Of a DNA stretch of 64,000 bases, positions 46,904-57,100 are shown in pieces. Where the stretch lies: the NCBI GenBank assembly GCA_965248925.1, contig CBDFLE010000006.1, positions 512,001-576,000 on the forward strand, read 5' to 3'. Below the pieces are notes generated by a model. It was not told where the DNA came from, did no database searches, and saw only the letters and a program-made list of their open reading frames with translations. The translations under genes were made by a program, and so were the position numbers. The first letter of the stretch is position 1. Every line of letters begins with the position of its first letter. The stretch comes from Candidatus Multivoradales bacterium. GTDB taxonomy: Bacteria; Acidobacteriota; Thermoanaerobaculia; Multivoradales; J023.

Positions 46904-47674
46904 TCAGCTCCTCAGGTAAGACGCCCCGTTGACGTCGATAATCGCGCCGGAAGCAAATTCCGCCCGCTCGTCGGCCAAGCAACCCACCCAATAGGCAACA
47001 TCTTCGACTCGGGCGACGCGGCCGAACGGGCTTTGCTGGCGAATCGCCGCCGCCTGATCGCCGCTCAGCTGTTCGCGCACCATGGCGGTTTCGACAAACC
47101 CCGGGGCGATCGCGAAAACCGCCACCCGATGGGGGGCCAAAGCCACCGCCAACGATTGACTGAGGGAATTGAGCCCCGCCTTGCTAGCGCCATAGGCCGG
47201 ACTTTCAGGCTCGCCGCGAAAAGCCCCGCGCGAGCTGATGTTGATAATCCGCCCGCCACCCTGGGCCACCATTTCCTGAGCGGCCAGGTGGCATAGATGG
47301 GCGGGTGCCAGAAGGTTCAACCCCAGAGTGCGCTGCCAATACTGCCGCCAATCGTCGAAATCAACGGCGATGGGTGGGTGCCGTTCAAAGATGCCAGCAT
47401 TGTTCACCAGAATATCGAGTCGGCCGGCGCGGGCGGTCACCCGGCCGACCAACGCGGCTACCTGGTCACCATCTAACAAGTCAGCGTCGACCTCGAAATG
47501 AGGCCCGCCTGGAAGGCTGGCCCGCAACTCGCGAACCGCCTGCGGACGACTGCGGTAGTGCAAAGCGAGTTGCGCCCCGCGAGCAGCCAGAGTGCGGCAA
47601 ACCGCCGCGCCAATTCCACCCGAAGCGCCGGTCACCAAGGCTACCTTGCCAGCCAGGGGAGTGTCGCTCGTCAC
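46904..47674 (-). CDS. Short-chain dehydrogenase/reductase
   Basis: TGASGGIG, NNAG, YGASK; GTG start estimated. Confidence 0.93.
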   Translation of the reverse strand: MTSDTPLAGKVALVTGASGGIGAAVCRTLAARGAQLALHYRSRPQAVRELRASLPGGPHFEVDADLLDGDQVAALVGRVTARAGRLDILVNNAGIFERHPPIAVDFDDWRQYWQRTLGLNLLAPAHLCHLAAQEMVAQGGGRIINISSRGAFRGEPESPAYGASKAGLNSLSQSLAVALAPHRVAVFAIAPGFVETAMVREQLSGDQAAAIRQQSPFGRVARVEDVAYWVGCLADERAEFASGAIIDVNGASYLRS

Positions 47675-47844
47675 CTCGTCGGACTTTGCCAAGATCGAGC
47701 CCAACCTCCATTGCCGTCGGGGCGCGGGCAGCCATCGCCCGGTTCGCGGCAGATTCACCAGCCTACCACCGAAAGCTCCCCCACAGCGCCATCGACCGCG
47801 ATAGAGTGCGCCGCCCCCACAGCAATCCTGGGGAGGAGGTCGAG

Positions 47845-49035
47845 ATGTCTGAAAAGAAGCTGGCGATCCACACTCTGCGGCTCAAACAAGGCCGAGACAA
47901 AGCCATCCGCCAGGGCAATCCCTGGCTGTTCTCGGGTGCCGTTGAGAGTTCTTCTGGCCCCGCCGACGCCCCCTTGGCGCGAGTCTTGGCGACCGATGGC
48001 AGCTCCCTCGGCCTGGGTTTCCACAGCCCGAACTCACGGATCCGGGCTCGGCTAGTCGGCGGCAACGTCGATCAAATCGACCGCGGTTTCTTCCGTGCTC
48101 GTCTGCGTAAGGCGATGGATTTGCGCCAGGCAATGTTGCCGCCGGACACCGATGGCTATCGCCTGGTCAACGCCGAAGGCGACGGTCTGCCCGGCTGGAC
48201 CGTGGATCGCTATGGCGATCTGCTGGTCAGCCAAATCACCTCAGCGGGTCTCGAGGCAATGCGCCACGACGCTTACGAGATGCTCGGCGAGCTGCTGCCC
48301 GAGGCTGCCATCGTCCAGAGCAACCGGGTCAAGGCGCGGCGCCAGGAAGGTCTCAGCCAAGCAGACGAGACAGTCCGCGGTACCCCCCCCGACGAAGCCG
48401 AGTTACGCGAATCCGGCCTCCGCTTCCTCGCCGAGCTGGGTCAGGGTCAAAAGACCGGCTTCTACTGCGACCAACGCTCGAACCGCCGGTTGGCCGAGAG
48501 CCTCGCAGGTGGCCGCCGGGTGCTCGACCTATTTTGCCACAGCGGCGCTTTCGGCGCCTACGCTCTGCGGGGTGGCGCCAAGAGCCTGGTCGGGGTCGAG
48601 TCCGCGCCGCGCTTGCTTGAACGAGCACAGCACCATATCGAGTTGAACCAACTCCCCGCGGACCGTGCCGAGTGGCGTAAAGCCAACGTCTTCGAACACT
48701 TGCGCACTACGCAAGAAACATGGGATTTAGCGATCTGCGACCCACCGCCGCTGGTCCTGCGCCGCGATCAGCTCGACGGTGGCGCCCGCGCCTACAAAGA
48801 CGTCAATCGCCTGACCCTCGGTCGCCTGGCACCCGGTGGTTACATGCTCACTTTTAGCTGTAGCGCCGCGGTAGATGCCCGACTCTTCCGCCAAATCCTC
48901 TTTTCCGCCGCCCGCGAAGCCAGCGTCCGCCTACAACTGCTGCGCCCCTTGGCCGCCGGCGAAGATCACCCGGTAGCCCTCAACCACCCCCAAGGCGAGT
49001 ACCTCAAGGGTTGGCTGGTACGAGTGATGGGCTGA
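47845..49035 (+). CDS. rlmI: 23S rRNA m5C1962 methyltransferase RlmI-like
   Basis: PUA (GNPWLFSGAV), NAEGDGLPG, GQKTGFYCDQR, DPPP, FSCS, YLKG; GGAGG upstream of ATG 47845. Confidence 0.88.
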   Translation: MSEKKLAIHTLRLKQGRDKAIRQGNPWLFSGAVESSSGPADAPLARVLATDGSSLGLGFHSPNSRIRARLVGGNVDQIDRGFFRARLRKAMDLRQAMLPPDTDGYRLVNAEGDGLPGWTVDRYGDLLVSQITSAGLEAMRHDAYEMLGELLPEAAIVQSNRVKARRQEGLSQADETVRGTPPDEAELRESGLRFLAELGQGQKTGFYCDQRSNRRLAESLAGGRRVLDLFCHSGAFGAYALRGGAKSLVGVESAPRLLERAQHHIELNQLPADRAEWRKANVFEHLRTTQETWDLAICDPPPLVLRRDQLDGGARAYKDVNRLTLGRLAPGGYMLTFSCSAAVDARLFRQILFSAAREASVRLQLLRPLAAGEDHPVALNHPQGEYLKGWLVRVMG

Positions 49036-49050
49036 ACTCGCTACTTCCCT

Positions 49051-49848
49051 CTAGCCGTGCCGAGGCTCGAGCACCTGATCGTTCAGCTCGACGCTGATCG
49101 GGCAATGGTCCGAGCCCATCACTTCGGGATGAATGGCAGAGCTGGTGAGCTGCTCCAGGGCCGCGGGTGAGGCCAACATGTAGTCGATCCGCCAACCGAC
49201 ATTGCGCTCGCGCACGCCGCGGCGCTGGCTCCACCAGGTGTAGTGCCCGGCATCCTGGTGAAAATGGCGGAAGCAGTCGGTCCAGCCGTTTTCTAACCAG
49301 CGCCGCAGCTCGTCCCGCTCCTCGGGGCGAAAGCCACTAGTCTGGCGGTTCTGCTGCGGTCGGGCCAGGTCGATCTCTTCTACCGCGGTATTGAAATCTC
49401 CCAGCACCAGAATCGCCTCACCCGCTTGCCGGGCCGGCTCCAGACGAGCGAAAAGGGCCTGGTAGTAACGCAGCTTGTAGGGAATCCGGCTGAGATCTCG
49501 ATTCTTGCCGTTGCCATTGGGGAAATAGCTGTTGGCTACGGTCAGAGCACCGAAACGTGCGACCTGCAAGCGACCCTCGCGGTCGAATTCCTCAGCCCCG
49601 AGCGTGGTCTCGTGGTGCCCGGGAGGCTGCCGCGAGAACATGCCTACACCACTGTAGCCGGCCCGCTCACCCGCGACCACTTCAAGATGCCAACCCGCCG
49701 CCTCTAGCAACTCTGGAGGCAGCTGCTCGCGCCGCGCGCGAACCTCTTGCATGGCCACTACGTCGGCACCGCAAGCGGCCAACCAAGAACCAAACCCCTT
49801 GCGCGCGCAAGCCCGCAATCCATTGACATTCCATGAGACAATTCGCAT
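49051..49848 (-). CDS. xth: Exodeoxyribonuclease III
   Basis: SWNVNGLRA, GYSGV, GDFN, GWRIDY, GSDHCP. Confidence 0.96.
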   Translation of the reverse strand: MRIVSWNVNGLRACARKGFGSWLAACGADVVAMQEVRARREQLPPELLEAAGWHLEVVAGERAGYSGVGMFSRQPPGHHETTLGAEEFDREGRLQVARFGALTVANSYFPNGNGKNRDLSRIPYKLRYYQALFARLEPARQAGEAILVLGDFNTAVEEIDLARPQQNRQTSGFRPEERDELRRWLENGWTDCFRHFHQDAGHYTWWSQRRGVRERNVGWRIDYMLASPAALEQLTSSAIHPEVMGSDHCPISVELNDQVLEPRHG

Positions 49849-50030
49849 CGGTTCGCTCCTCGCGGCAGAGTCTACCGCAGCCTCGACATGCCGCCGGTAG
49901 ACGATCGTCCGGGCTGCTATGATCAGCTCCTTCGACCGAGGCCGTGTCTGGAAGAGCGCCCGCAGCTTGGCGCCGCCCGGACTTTTTCAATCGCTCAGCC
50001 AAGGAGAGTCGCAGCTACTCGCCGGCACCG

Positions 50031-51005
50031 ATGGACCGTAGATCATTTCTCCAAGCTGTCCCTATCGGCGCGGCAGCCTTCGCCGCCGGCTATCTCGGCA
50101 TGCGCCAGTACGTCGGCCACCACCTGCTGTGCCCAGAATGCGGCCCAGCCCCCGCCGCAGCCGACTTCACCAGCGACACCGCCACCAGCGACACTGCCAC
50201 CGGCGACACTGCCACCGGCGACACCGCCATCATCGATCCGGTGAGCGACGAGGGAGCCTTGCCGCCCCAAGGTCCTCTGCTCGAGACCGCAGTTGGTCCT
50301 TACGCCAAAATTCGCGAATTCGACCGTTCTTGGATCGACGATGTGTTCATCGAGCGCCAGCGCATACCGCTGCTGCACACCCTCTCTGCTCGGCTCGCCC
50401 GGGCACAGAACTTTGTCGGCCACGGCCACTTCAACCTGCTGGGATTTGACGAACTGCTGCAATACGGTCGCAATTTCGCCAAGGTTGGCCGCTTTCAGAC
50501 CGCCGAACAAGAGCTGCTCGACGAGGTCTTCCACACCGATGCCGCCCGCTACGGCTTTTTCGGCGACAAGGTGTTGGACAAGCTCGGCGCGAGGATCAGC
50601 AAACGTGACACGCAGAAGGTGCCGGGTAGCGGCCACAGCCTGTTGCGTGGCTCCTCCCTAGACAAATATCAGCGCATCCGCCGCGACGTCGGTGGCAGCT
50701 TGCAGCTGACGTCGGGAATCCGCGGCTTGGCCAAGCAATTCCAGCTCTTCCTGGCCAAAGTAGTGGAAACCGAGGGCAATCTCTCACAAGCTTCCCGCTC
50801 TTTGGCTCCACCAGGCTACTCGTACCACGCCGTGGGTGACTTCGACGTCGGCAAACAAGGATTCGGACTCGACAACTTCACTGAGTCCTTCGCCAACACT
50901 GACGAGTACAAGCGGCTCATCGAATTGGGCTACGTCGCGATTCGCTACACCGAAACCAACCCCTTCGGTGTCCGCCACGAACCCTGGCACATCAAGATCA
51001 GCTAA
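50031..51005 (+). CDS. Tat-exported M15 (VanY-like) D,D-carboxypeptidase
   Basis: MDRRSFL Tat motif; TSGIR, APPGYSYHAVGDFD, EPWH. Confidence 0.85.
   Translation: MDRRSFLQAVPIGAAAFAAGYLGMRQYVGHHLLCPECGPAPAAADFTSDTATSDTATGDTATGDTAIIDPVSDEGALPPQGPLLETAVGPYAKIREFDRSWIDDVFIERQRIPLLHTLSARLARAQNFVGHGHFNLLGFDELLQYGRNFAKVGRFQTAEQELLDEVFHTDAARYGFFGDKVLDKLGARISKRDTQKVPGSGHSLLRGSSLDKYQRIRRDVGGSLQLTSGIRGLAKQFQLFLAKVVETEGNLSQASRSLAPPGYSYHAVGDFDVGKQGFGLDNFTESFANTDEYKRLIELGYVAIRYTETNPFGVRHEPWHIKIS
50169..50228 (+). repeat. 4 x 15-bp coding repeat (T[S/G]DTA linker)
   Basis: ACCAGCGACACCGCC-like units. Confidence 0.85.
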
Positions 51006-51039
51006 GCCGGTACCTGCCGCGAGTGGAGCAACCGTTGCC

Positions 51040-51897
51040 ATGATCACCCGCAAAGAGCCCGCCAATCCGGGTCTGTTGGACTGGGGCCGACGCCGGATGA
51101 GGCACCGGATGAGGCGGCTGTGGAGCCGGCTTGGCGGCCATCCCTCGGGATTGGATATTGCCGGCATCGTCGGCCGGGTGCATCCGGGCGACACCATGTG
51201 CGATCACCAGACCGCCGCCGGGGTCGAGAACTACAGCCGCGCCGGCCAATCCGCCCTGGACAACATGACAGCTGGCCTGCAGACCGCCGGCCGCAATTTT
51301 GCCTGCCTGCGCTCTTGCCTCGACATGGGTTGTGGCTACGGCCGGGTGCTGCGGCTGCTGTGTCAGCAAATAGCGCCCGCGAAGATCACAGCCTGTGACC
51401 TGGACGCCGAAGCCGTGCAGTTTTGCGCCAGCGAGTTCGGCGTCCAACCGCTGCTGTCAAGCCCGCGGTTGGAAGCCCTCGTGCTAGGCAGCTACGATCT
51501 GATCTGGGTTGGTTCTTTACTCACCCACTTGGTCCCCGAAGACTGCGACCTCCTGCTCGCCAAGCTGGGCCAGGCGCTACTTCCCGGGGGTCTGCTGGTG
51601 CTATCGTTCCACGGCCGCGCCAGTCGGGAACACCTCGACCAACTCTATGGCGGCGCCTACGCCGAGCAGGCCGAGGCGATCAGAACCGAGGTCGAAAGTC
51701 GCGGCATTGCCTATCGGCCTTATCCGGACACCTACCTATCCTACGCCGCCGACCGCTACGGCATGACCTGGCACAGTGCGAAGTTTGTGGAATCTCGACT
51801 GAGCGAACTCGGCGAGGGAAAAATCCAGCAAATCGCCCTCTTTCCGCAAGGGTGGGACAACCACCACGATGTGGTCGTCCTGATCCGGCGGTCCTGA
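51040..51897 (+). CDS. Class I SAM-dependent methyltransferase
   Basis: LDMGCGYGRVLR, YDLIWVGSLLTHL, PGGLLVLS. Confidence 0.9.
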   Translation: MITRKEPANPGLLDWGRRRMRHRMRRLWSRLGGHPSGLDIAGIVGRVHPGDTMCDHQTAAGVENYSRAGQSALDNMTAGLQTAGRNFACLRSCLDMGCGYGRVLRLLCQQIAPAKITACDLDAEAVQFCASEFGVQPLLSSPRLEALVLGSYDLIWVGSLLTHLVPEDCDLLLAKLGQALLPGGLLVLSFHGRASREHLDQLYGGAYAEQAEAIRTEVESRGIAYRPYPDTYLSYAADRYGMTWHSAKFVESRLSELGEGKIQQIALFPQGWDNHHDVVVLIRRS

Positions 51898-51941
51898 AGG
51901 CCGGGGCGAAGGGGGCCGCGGCAGCCTCCCCCGAACTTCTA

Positions 51942-52367
51942 CTAGCGGCTGTTCTCATCAATCACCCGATCAAGCTCGTCGAGAGCCTCCTGAGTGCGTC
52001 CTGTCTCCTTGTAAAGATCGCGCAGCTTGAAGCGCACCGCGTTGCGCACCGTCTGGTTGTCGCGGTTCTTGTCCAAGATCTTCTGCAGATGCGGAATAGC
52101 TTTGGCTTTCTCGCCGCGCTGCTCGTAGATCTCGACGATGCCCTCGATGGCCAGAAAAATGACCGTCTCTCGTTGTGAGGTCATTTCGACCCATTGATCG
52201 GAGACTCCGAGGTAGCTCTGCATCAGTGCCAGGAACTGGTCCATCTGCTGCATATCCTCATCGGCCCAGGCCACCGCTGGCACCATCAGAGCCAGGCTGA
52301 GCAGCAACATCAGCAGTACAGTGGCGGCAGCCAGGGACTTCGGGCAATGCTCTTGCTTGCGAATCAC
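51942..52367 (-). CDS. Secreted TPR-like helical protein
   Basis: Signal peptide ending AVAWA; TPR-like C-terminus. Confidence 0.75.
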   Translation of the reverse strand: MIRKQEHCPKSLAAATVLLMLLLSLALMVPAVAWADEDMQQMDQFLALMQSYLGVSDQWVEMTSQRETVIFLAIEGIVEIYEQRGEKAKAIPHLQKILDKNRDNQTVRNAVRFKLRDLYKETGRTQEALDELDRVIDENSR

Positions 52368-53008
52368 GATCGTTCTCCTTGTCGGTAATCGGTGGTGGCC
52401 GGCCCAGCATCACTCGCGGCAGGGGCGGACGGGCGAGGCAGCGAAGGGAAGGTCAGAGGCCTGCCGCCACTGGGCGGCGTCGGACGGCGCAGGCGGCCGG
52501 GTGACAAGCTACCCAGGGACGACATCGACGGCCGCTGAGGTGCCCGCGGCACCTCCCATGTGACCCGCGGCCCGTAAGAGTCCCGGACGAGAACCTCGCC
52601 GATCGCCTGCCGTGGATCCACGGAAGGTACTCTCAGTAGCCAAACCAAGCTCAAACCAAGGACGGTGAGCAGCAGCGCCGCCAGCGATAGCAAGCGCTTG
52701 ATGGCGCCTGGTCGCCAGCGCGGCATTGAACTCCTCGCCGTCGCCATGGTCCATTGGGGCCTCTCCAAACTGGCGCCTGAAGCTTGACCCAGAACGGTCG
52801 AGAAGTCCGGCATTGGGCCACCGTAGCGCAGCTCATCATAGCGCTGGTGCTCTTCCTCCAGCAGCTCCGCGAGGCGTTGAGCAGCAGCCAATTCGGTGCT
52901 GCAAGCAGCGCAGCCCACGGCCAGACGGCTGACTTCGAGCCGAGCCATGGCATCGAGCAGCGGCCAATCGTCGAGCCGGCGGTGCAGCCGCTGACAATCG
53001 TGGCTCAT
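52364..53008 (-). CDS. Putative anti-sigma factor
   Basis: N-terminal C...CxxC zinc-finger-like motif, single TM; overlaps the ECF gene end. Confidence 0.7.
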   Translation of the reverse strand: MSHDCQRLHRRLDDWPLLDAMARLEVSRLAVGCAACSTELAAAQRLAELLEEEHQRYDELRYGGPMPDFSTVLGQASGASLERPQWTMATARSSMPRWRPGAIKRLLSLAALLLTVLGLSLVWLLRVPSVDPRQAIGEVLVRDSYGPRVTWEVPRAPQRPSMSSLGSLSPGRLRRPTPPSGGRPLTFPSLPRPSAPAASDAGPATTDYRQGERS

Positions 53009-53553
53009 CGCCCGTCCCTCACCAGCAGACGGCGCATCTGTCCGAGGGCTCGGTGCAGATGCACCTTCACCGTACCTTGGCTACAACCGGCGGCGACCGC
53101 GGCTTCGCGGGTGGTCATGCCTTCGAGATAGCGCAACATGACGATTTCGCGCTGCCGCGGTGGCAGCCTATCGAGCAATCGATAAAGCTCGACCGGCGCC
53201 GATGGATCTACCGCCGGCAGTACCCGCGGCAGCGCTTCGGCCTGGTCCAACAAACGCGCCTGACGTTGCCGACCGCGGCGCAGCTCATGCGATGTGTTTC
53301 GGGTCATTGTGTACAACCAGGTGGTGAATTTCGCCCGCCGACTCCAGCGTCGGCGGCCTCTCGTCAGCCGCAGGAAGACCTCCTGGGTTACATCTTCGGC
53401 CAGCTCGCGCTCACCCAGAAAACCGCAGGCGAGGCGAAAGACAAAGTCCTTGTGACGTTCGAAGAGGATGCCCATCGCACCCTCGTCGGCGACCTCCAAC
53501 AAGAGGTGCCAATCGTCGGCGTCACGGTCGTTAGCTTCTGTGGCGTCCACCAT
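53005..53553 (-). CDS. ECF RNA polymerase sigma factor
   Basis: AEDVTQEVF, FTTWLY, LPPRQREIVMLRY, GTVKVHLHRA. Confidence 0.93.
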   Translation of the reverse strand: MVDATEANDRDADDWHLLLEVADEGAMGILFERHKDFVFRLACGFLGERELAEDVTQEVFLRLTRGRRRWSRRAKFTTWLYTMTRNTSHELRRGRQRQARLLDQAEALPRVLPAVDPSAPVELYRLLDRLPPRQREIVMLRYLEGMTTREAAVAAGCSQGTVKVHLHRALGQMRRLLVRDGR

Positions 53554-53740
53554 CAATGAATGTCCGCGGAGAGTAGAACGGTTGACACGAACATAGCGCG
53601 CTAGCGCCGCGCACTGACAAGTTCAGCGTCTCATCGCTCCAACTTTTTTCCTCCCCAAAGCAAGAAGGCCGACTAGAAGCGCGTCCCTGTAGCCGGAATC
53701 TAGATCGCAAAGACGGCAAACCATCTGTGGAGGAAAGAAC

Positions 53741-54166
53741 ATGATGAAGACTCTGACCACCCTACTCACCACCCTGCCGGCAACTGCCGGCTACGGCTCG
53801 ACACCACCCGCCAACGAGCACCCAGGAGCACGCCGACAGCGCTTGGAGCGCTTGCGACGAACCGCCGACGGCAGTCTCGCTCGAGGCTACTCCCGCGGCG
53901 CCTTGAGACTCTACCGTCGCCTCTTGGCCGAGTGCCCCGAGGACTTGCAGATTCTCAACCGCACCGGCGAGCTGCTGGCGCGAGTGCGCCAGACAGATCA
54001 AGCGGTGGCTCTCTTCGTGCGCGTTGCCCGGGCTTATGCCGCCACCGGTTTCGAAGCCAAAGCGGCGGCGATGTATCGCAAGGTGCTGCGCTTGGAGCCC
54101 AATCATCCAGACGGACTCGGCTACCTCTATGGCTCGCTCGAACCTGGGCCAGACGAGCCGCGGTGA
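53741..54166 (+). CDS. TPR protein
   Basis: TPR-like helices (AAAMYRKVLRLEP); GGAGG upstream. Confidence 0.75.
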   Translation: MMKTLTTLLTTLPATAGYGSTPPANEHPGARRQRLERLRRTADGSLARGYSRGALRLYRRLLAECPEDLQILNRTGELLARVRQTDQAVALFVRVARAYAATGFEAKAAAMYRKVLRLEPNHPDGLGYLYGSLEPGPDEPR

Positions 54167-54197
54167 GAACCGACGGCCAAGATGCGGCGGACAACCC

Positions 54198-57100
54198 TCA
54201 GCCCTGGTCCCTGGCGGCGGGCGGCGGCCAAAGTCCCGGTGTGCCGGTGACCTGGCGCAGCAAGATCCACGAGCCCAGCACCTCGAGCCGGGCCAGCGCC
54301 TGAGCGGTAACCTGGGCGCGCAGCTCGGCTTCGGCGTCGAGCAAATCGTTGGTGGTCGCTCGCCCCGCCTGGTAGCGCGCTCGCTCGACTCGCAGGGTCT
54401 CCTGGGCCAATTCGACGCCGCGGTGGCGCACTCGCACCGCCGCTCGCGCCACCGCCAGCCGCGCCAGCCCGTCGTCGATTTCGAGGCCGATGCTGCGGCG
54501 CAGCTCTTCGAGATCCGCGGCCAACGCCCGCCGTTCAGCGGCAAGGCCCGCGCGGCGCGGCGCGCGAGTGCCAGCGGCAAAGGGGTTCCAAGCCAGACCG
54601 ACGGTCAGTTGGCCAATTTCATCAGCCTGGAAAGGATCACCATCGCTGCTCGACCAGGTAGCCACGGCTTGCAACCTGGGCAGGCGCTCGGCAGCGATCG
54701 ACTTGTCCAGCAGCTCCACAGCCCGCAACTGAGCCTCGGCGGCGAGGATGTCCGGACGCGAACTCGCCGCCGCGTCGATCAGCACCTGGCGCTCGAGTTC
54801 CAACCGCTGATCGACGACCTGATCGAACAGCGGCTCTACCGGCTGCGTGCTGCCTACCGCGAGTCCTAACTCGCGGGCGGCTACCCGGCGTTGCTCGCCC
54901 AGACGTAGCAGATCGAACTCGGCGGCCTCCAGATCGAGTCGCAGCTTCAGCGCATCGGCCTCCAGCGAGCGACCGGCTGCGACCCGCTGCTCGGTCTCCT
55001 CCAGTCGCGCCTTCAGGCTCGCGATAAAGGTCGCGGTGGCCTCGCCGCGAGCATCGATCGCCAGCACCGCGATGAAGCTCTGGGCTGCCTGCGCCGCCAA
55101 CCGCTGCTTGAGCCGCGCCGACCGGCTGGCCGCCGCCAGCGCCTGGGAACGGGCCGCGGGCGCGGCGTAGAGCCAGCGCGAAACATCGAGTAGGGGCTGC
55201 GTGAGCCGTACTTCTAGCGCCTCGCTATGCCGCTGGCCCAAGCTCAGCTCACCGAGCGGCGTGGCGAAAGAGAAATCGCGATCCCGCCAGCTGGTGCCGA
55301 GAGTCACCCCGAGAGTTGGCCACAACGAGCCGCGGCGGCGCATCACCGCGCTCTGCTCGGCGGCTTGGGCGCGTTCCTCTGCCGCCAGCGCCTGCGGTCG
55401 TGCCGCCGCCCGCTCCATCGCCTGGTGCAGATCCAGAGATTCACCGCGAGCCGGCGGGATCGTCAAGCCGGCCAGCAGCACCAGCAGGCCAGCGGTCACT
55501 TTGGCGGGCCGCAGGCGCACCCGCCGACGAGGTGAGAACAAAAGGCGGTAGAGCGCTGGAATCACCAACAGGGTCAGCAAGGTCGAAGCGGCCAGACCGG
55601 AGATCATCGCCCAAGCCAACGGCGGCCACAACGCCGCCGGCGAGAAAGCCAGCGGCAGTAGGCCGGCAACAGTGGTGGACATGGTCAGCAGAATCGGCCG
55701 GGTGCGGCGGATCACCGCCTGCCGTAGGGCCTCCTCGACACTGGCCCCAACCGCGCGGTTACGCTCCACCAGATCGAGCAGCACGATGGCATTGTTGACC
55801 ACGATCCCGACCAAAGACACCATTCCCAACAAAGAAGTAAAGCCGAACGGATTGCCGGTGAGCAGCAGGCCGGGGACCACCCCCACCGCCGCCAGCGGCA
55901 CCGTCATCAGGACAATCCCCACCCGGCGAAAGGAATTGAATTCGGCGAGCAAAAAGAACAACAGCAGCAAGACGCCGATCGGCGCGCTGCGCAGAATGGC
56001 GGAGTTCGCCGCTCCGGACTCGGCCACCTCGCCGCCAATCTCCCAGTGCATTCCAGGCGCCAAATCAAGCTCCGCCAACAAGGGCTCGAGTTCCGCAACC
56101 ACCGCTACCGAAGTGCCCTCGGCGGTGAGTTCGGAACGTACCCGCACCAGACGTTGCCGATTGCGATGGTAGATCGCCGCCGGTCGCCACTCGACCCCCA
56201 AGCGGGCAACCTGCTCCAGCGGCACAGGCACTCTTCCTGGTGACCCCACATCGATGCTCGCCAACTCAGCAACCGGCAGATCCTCGCCAGCGGCAGAGCG
56301 CAGCAAGATCGGCACCGGGTCGTCGCCCATTCGGTATTGACCGATCTCGGTACCCAGGGTGCGGCCGTAGAGCGCCCGCGCCACGCTGGCGCGATTCAAA
56401 CCGTGGCGGGCGGCGGCGGCATCGTCGATATCGACAGTCACCGACGGGCTGCCCAAGCCGAGATCGTGGCGGGCGTCGCGAGTGCCGTCGATGCCGCGAA
56501 TCAGACTGAGAACCTGATCCGACACCAGCTGCAGTTCTTCGAGATCCTCACCATATACCCGTACTTCGATCGGCGCCGGGATCGACGGTCCCTGAACCAG
56601 CCGCCGAGCCACCACCTCGGCCTGCGGCACCCGCCGAGCGGCGAACTCCCGCACCGCCGCGATCACCGCCGGCAGCTCCCTCTTATGCTGCGTCTGCACG
56701 ATCACCGAGGCCAGGTAAGGACTGCGCGGGCGGGAGGTCAGGTTGTAGTAGATGTGCGGCGTACCGCGACCGATGAAAGATGCCACCGAAGTCACTTCGG
56801 GCAGCTCCGCCATCGCCTCCTCAAGCAGCCGAGTCGCCGCGTCGGTGCCATCGAGGTGGGTACCCTCTGGCAGTTCCAAGTCGACCAGCACCAAGGTCCG
56901 ATCGGCGCCGGGAAAGAACTGCTGCTTGACAAAGCCAGCGGCGAAGACCGTCGCCAGCAGCAACAGCAGCGTCGCCGGCAACACCCAACGCCACCCATCC
57001 ACCGCCCAATCGGCCAGCCGCCCGGCCCAGCGGCTCTCCAGTGCCGAATCGGCCTTCGGCCGACGGCGCAAAGTCAGCTCCGCCAGCACCGGTGTTACCA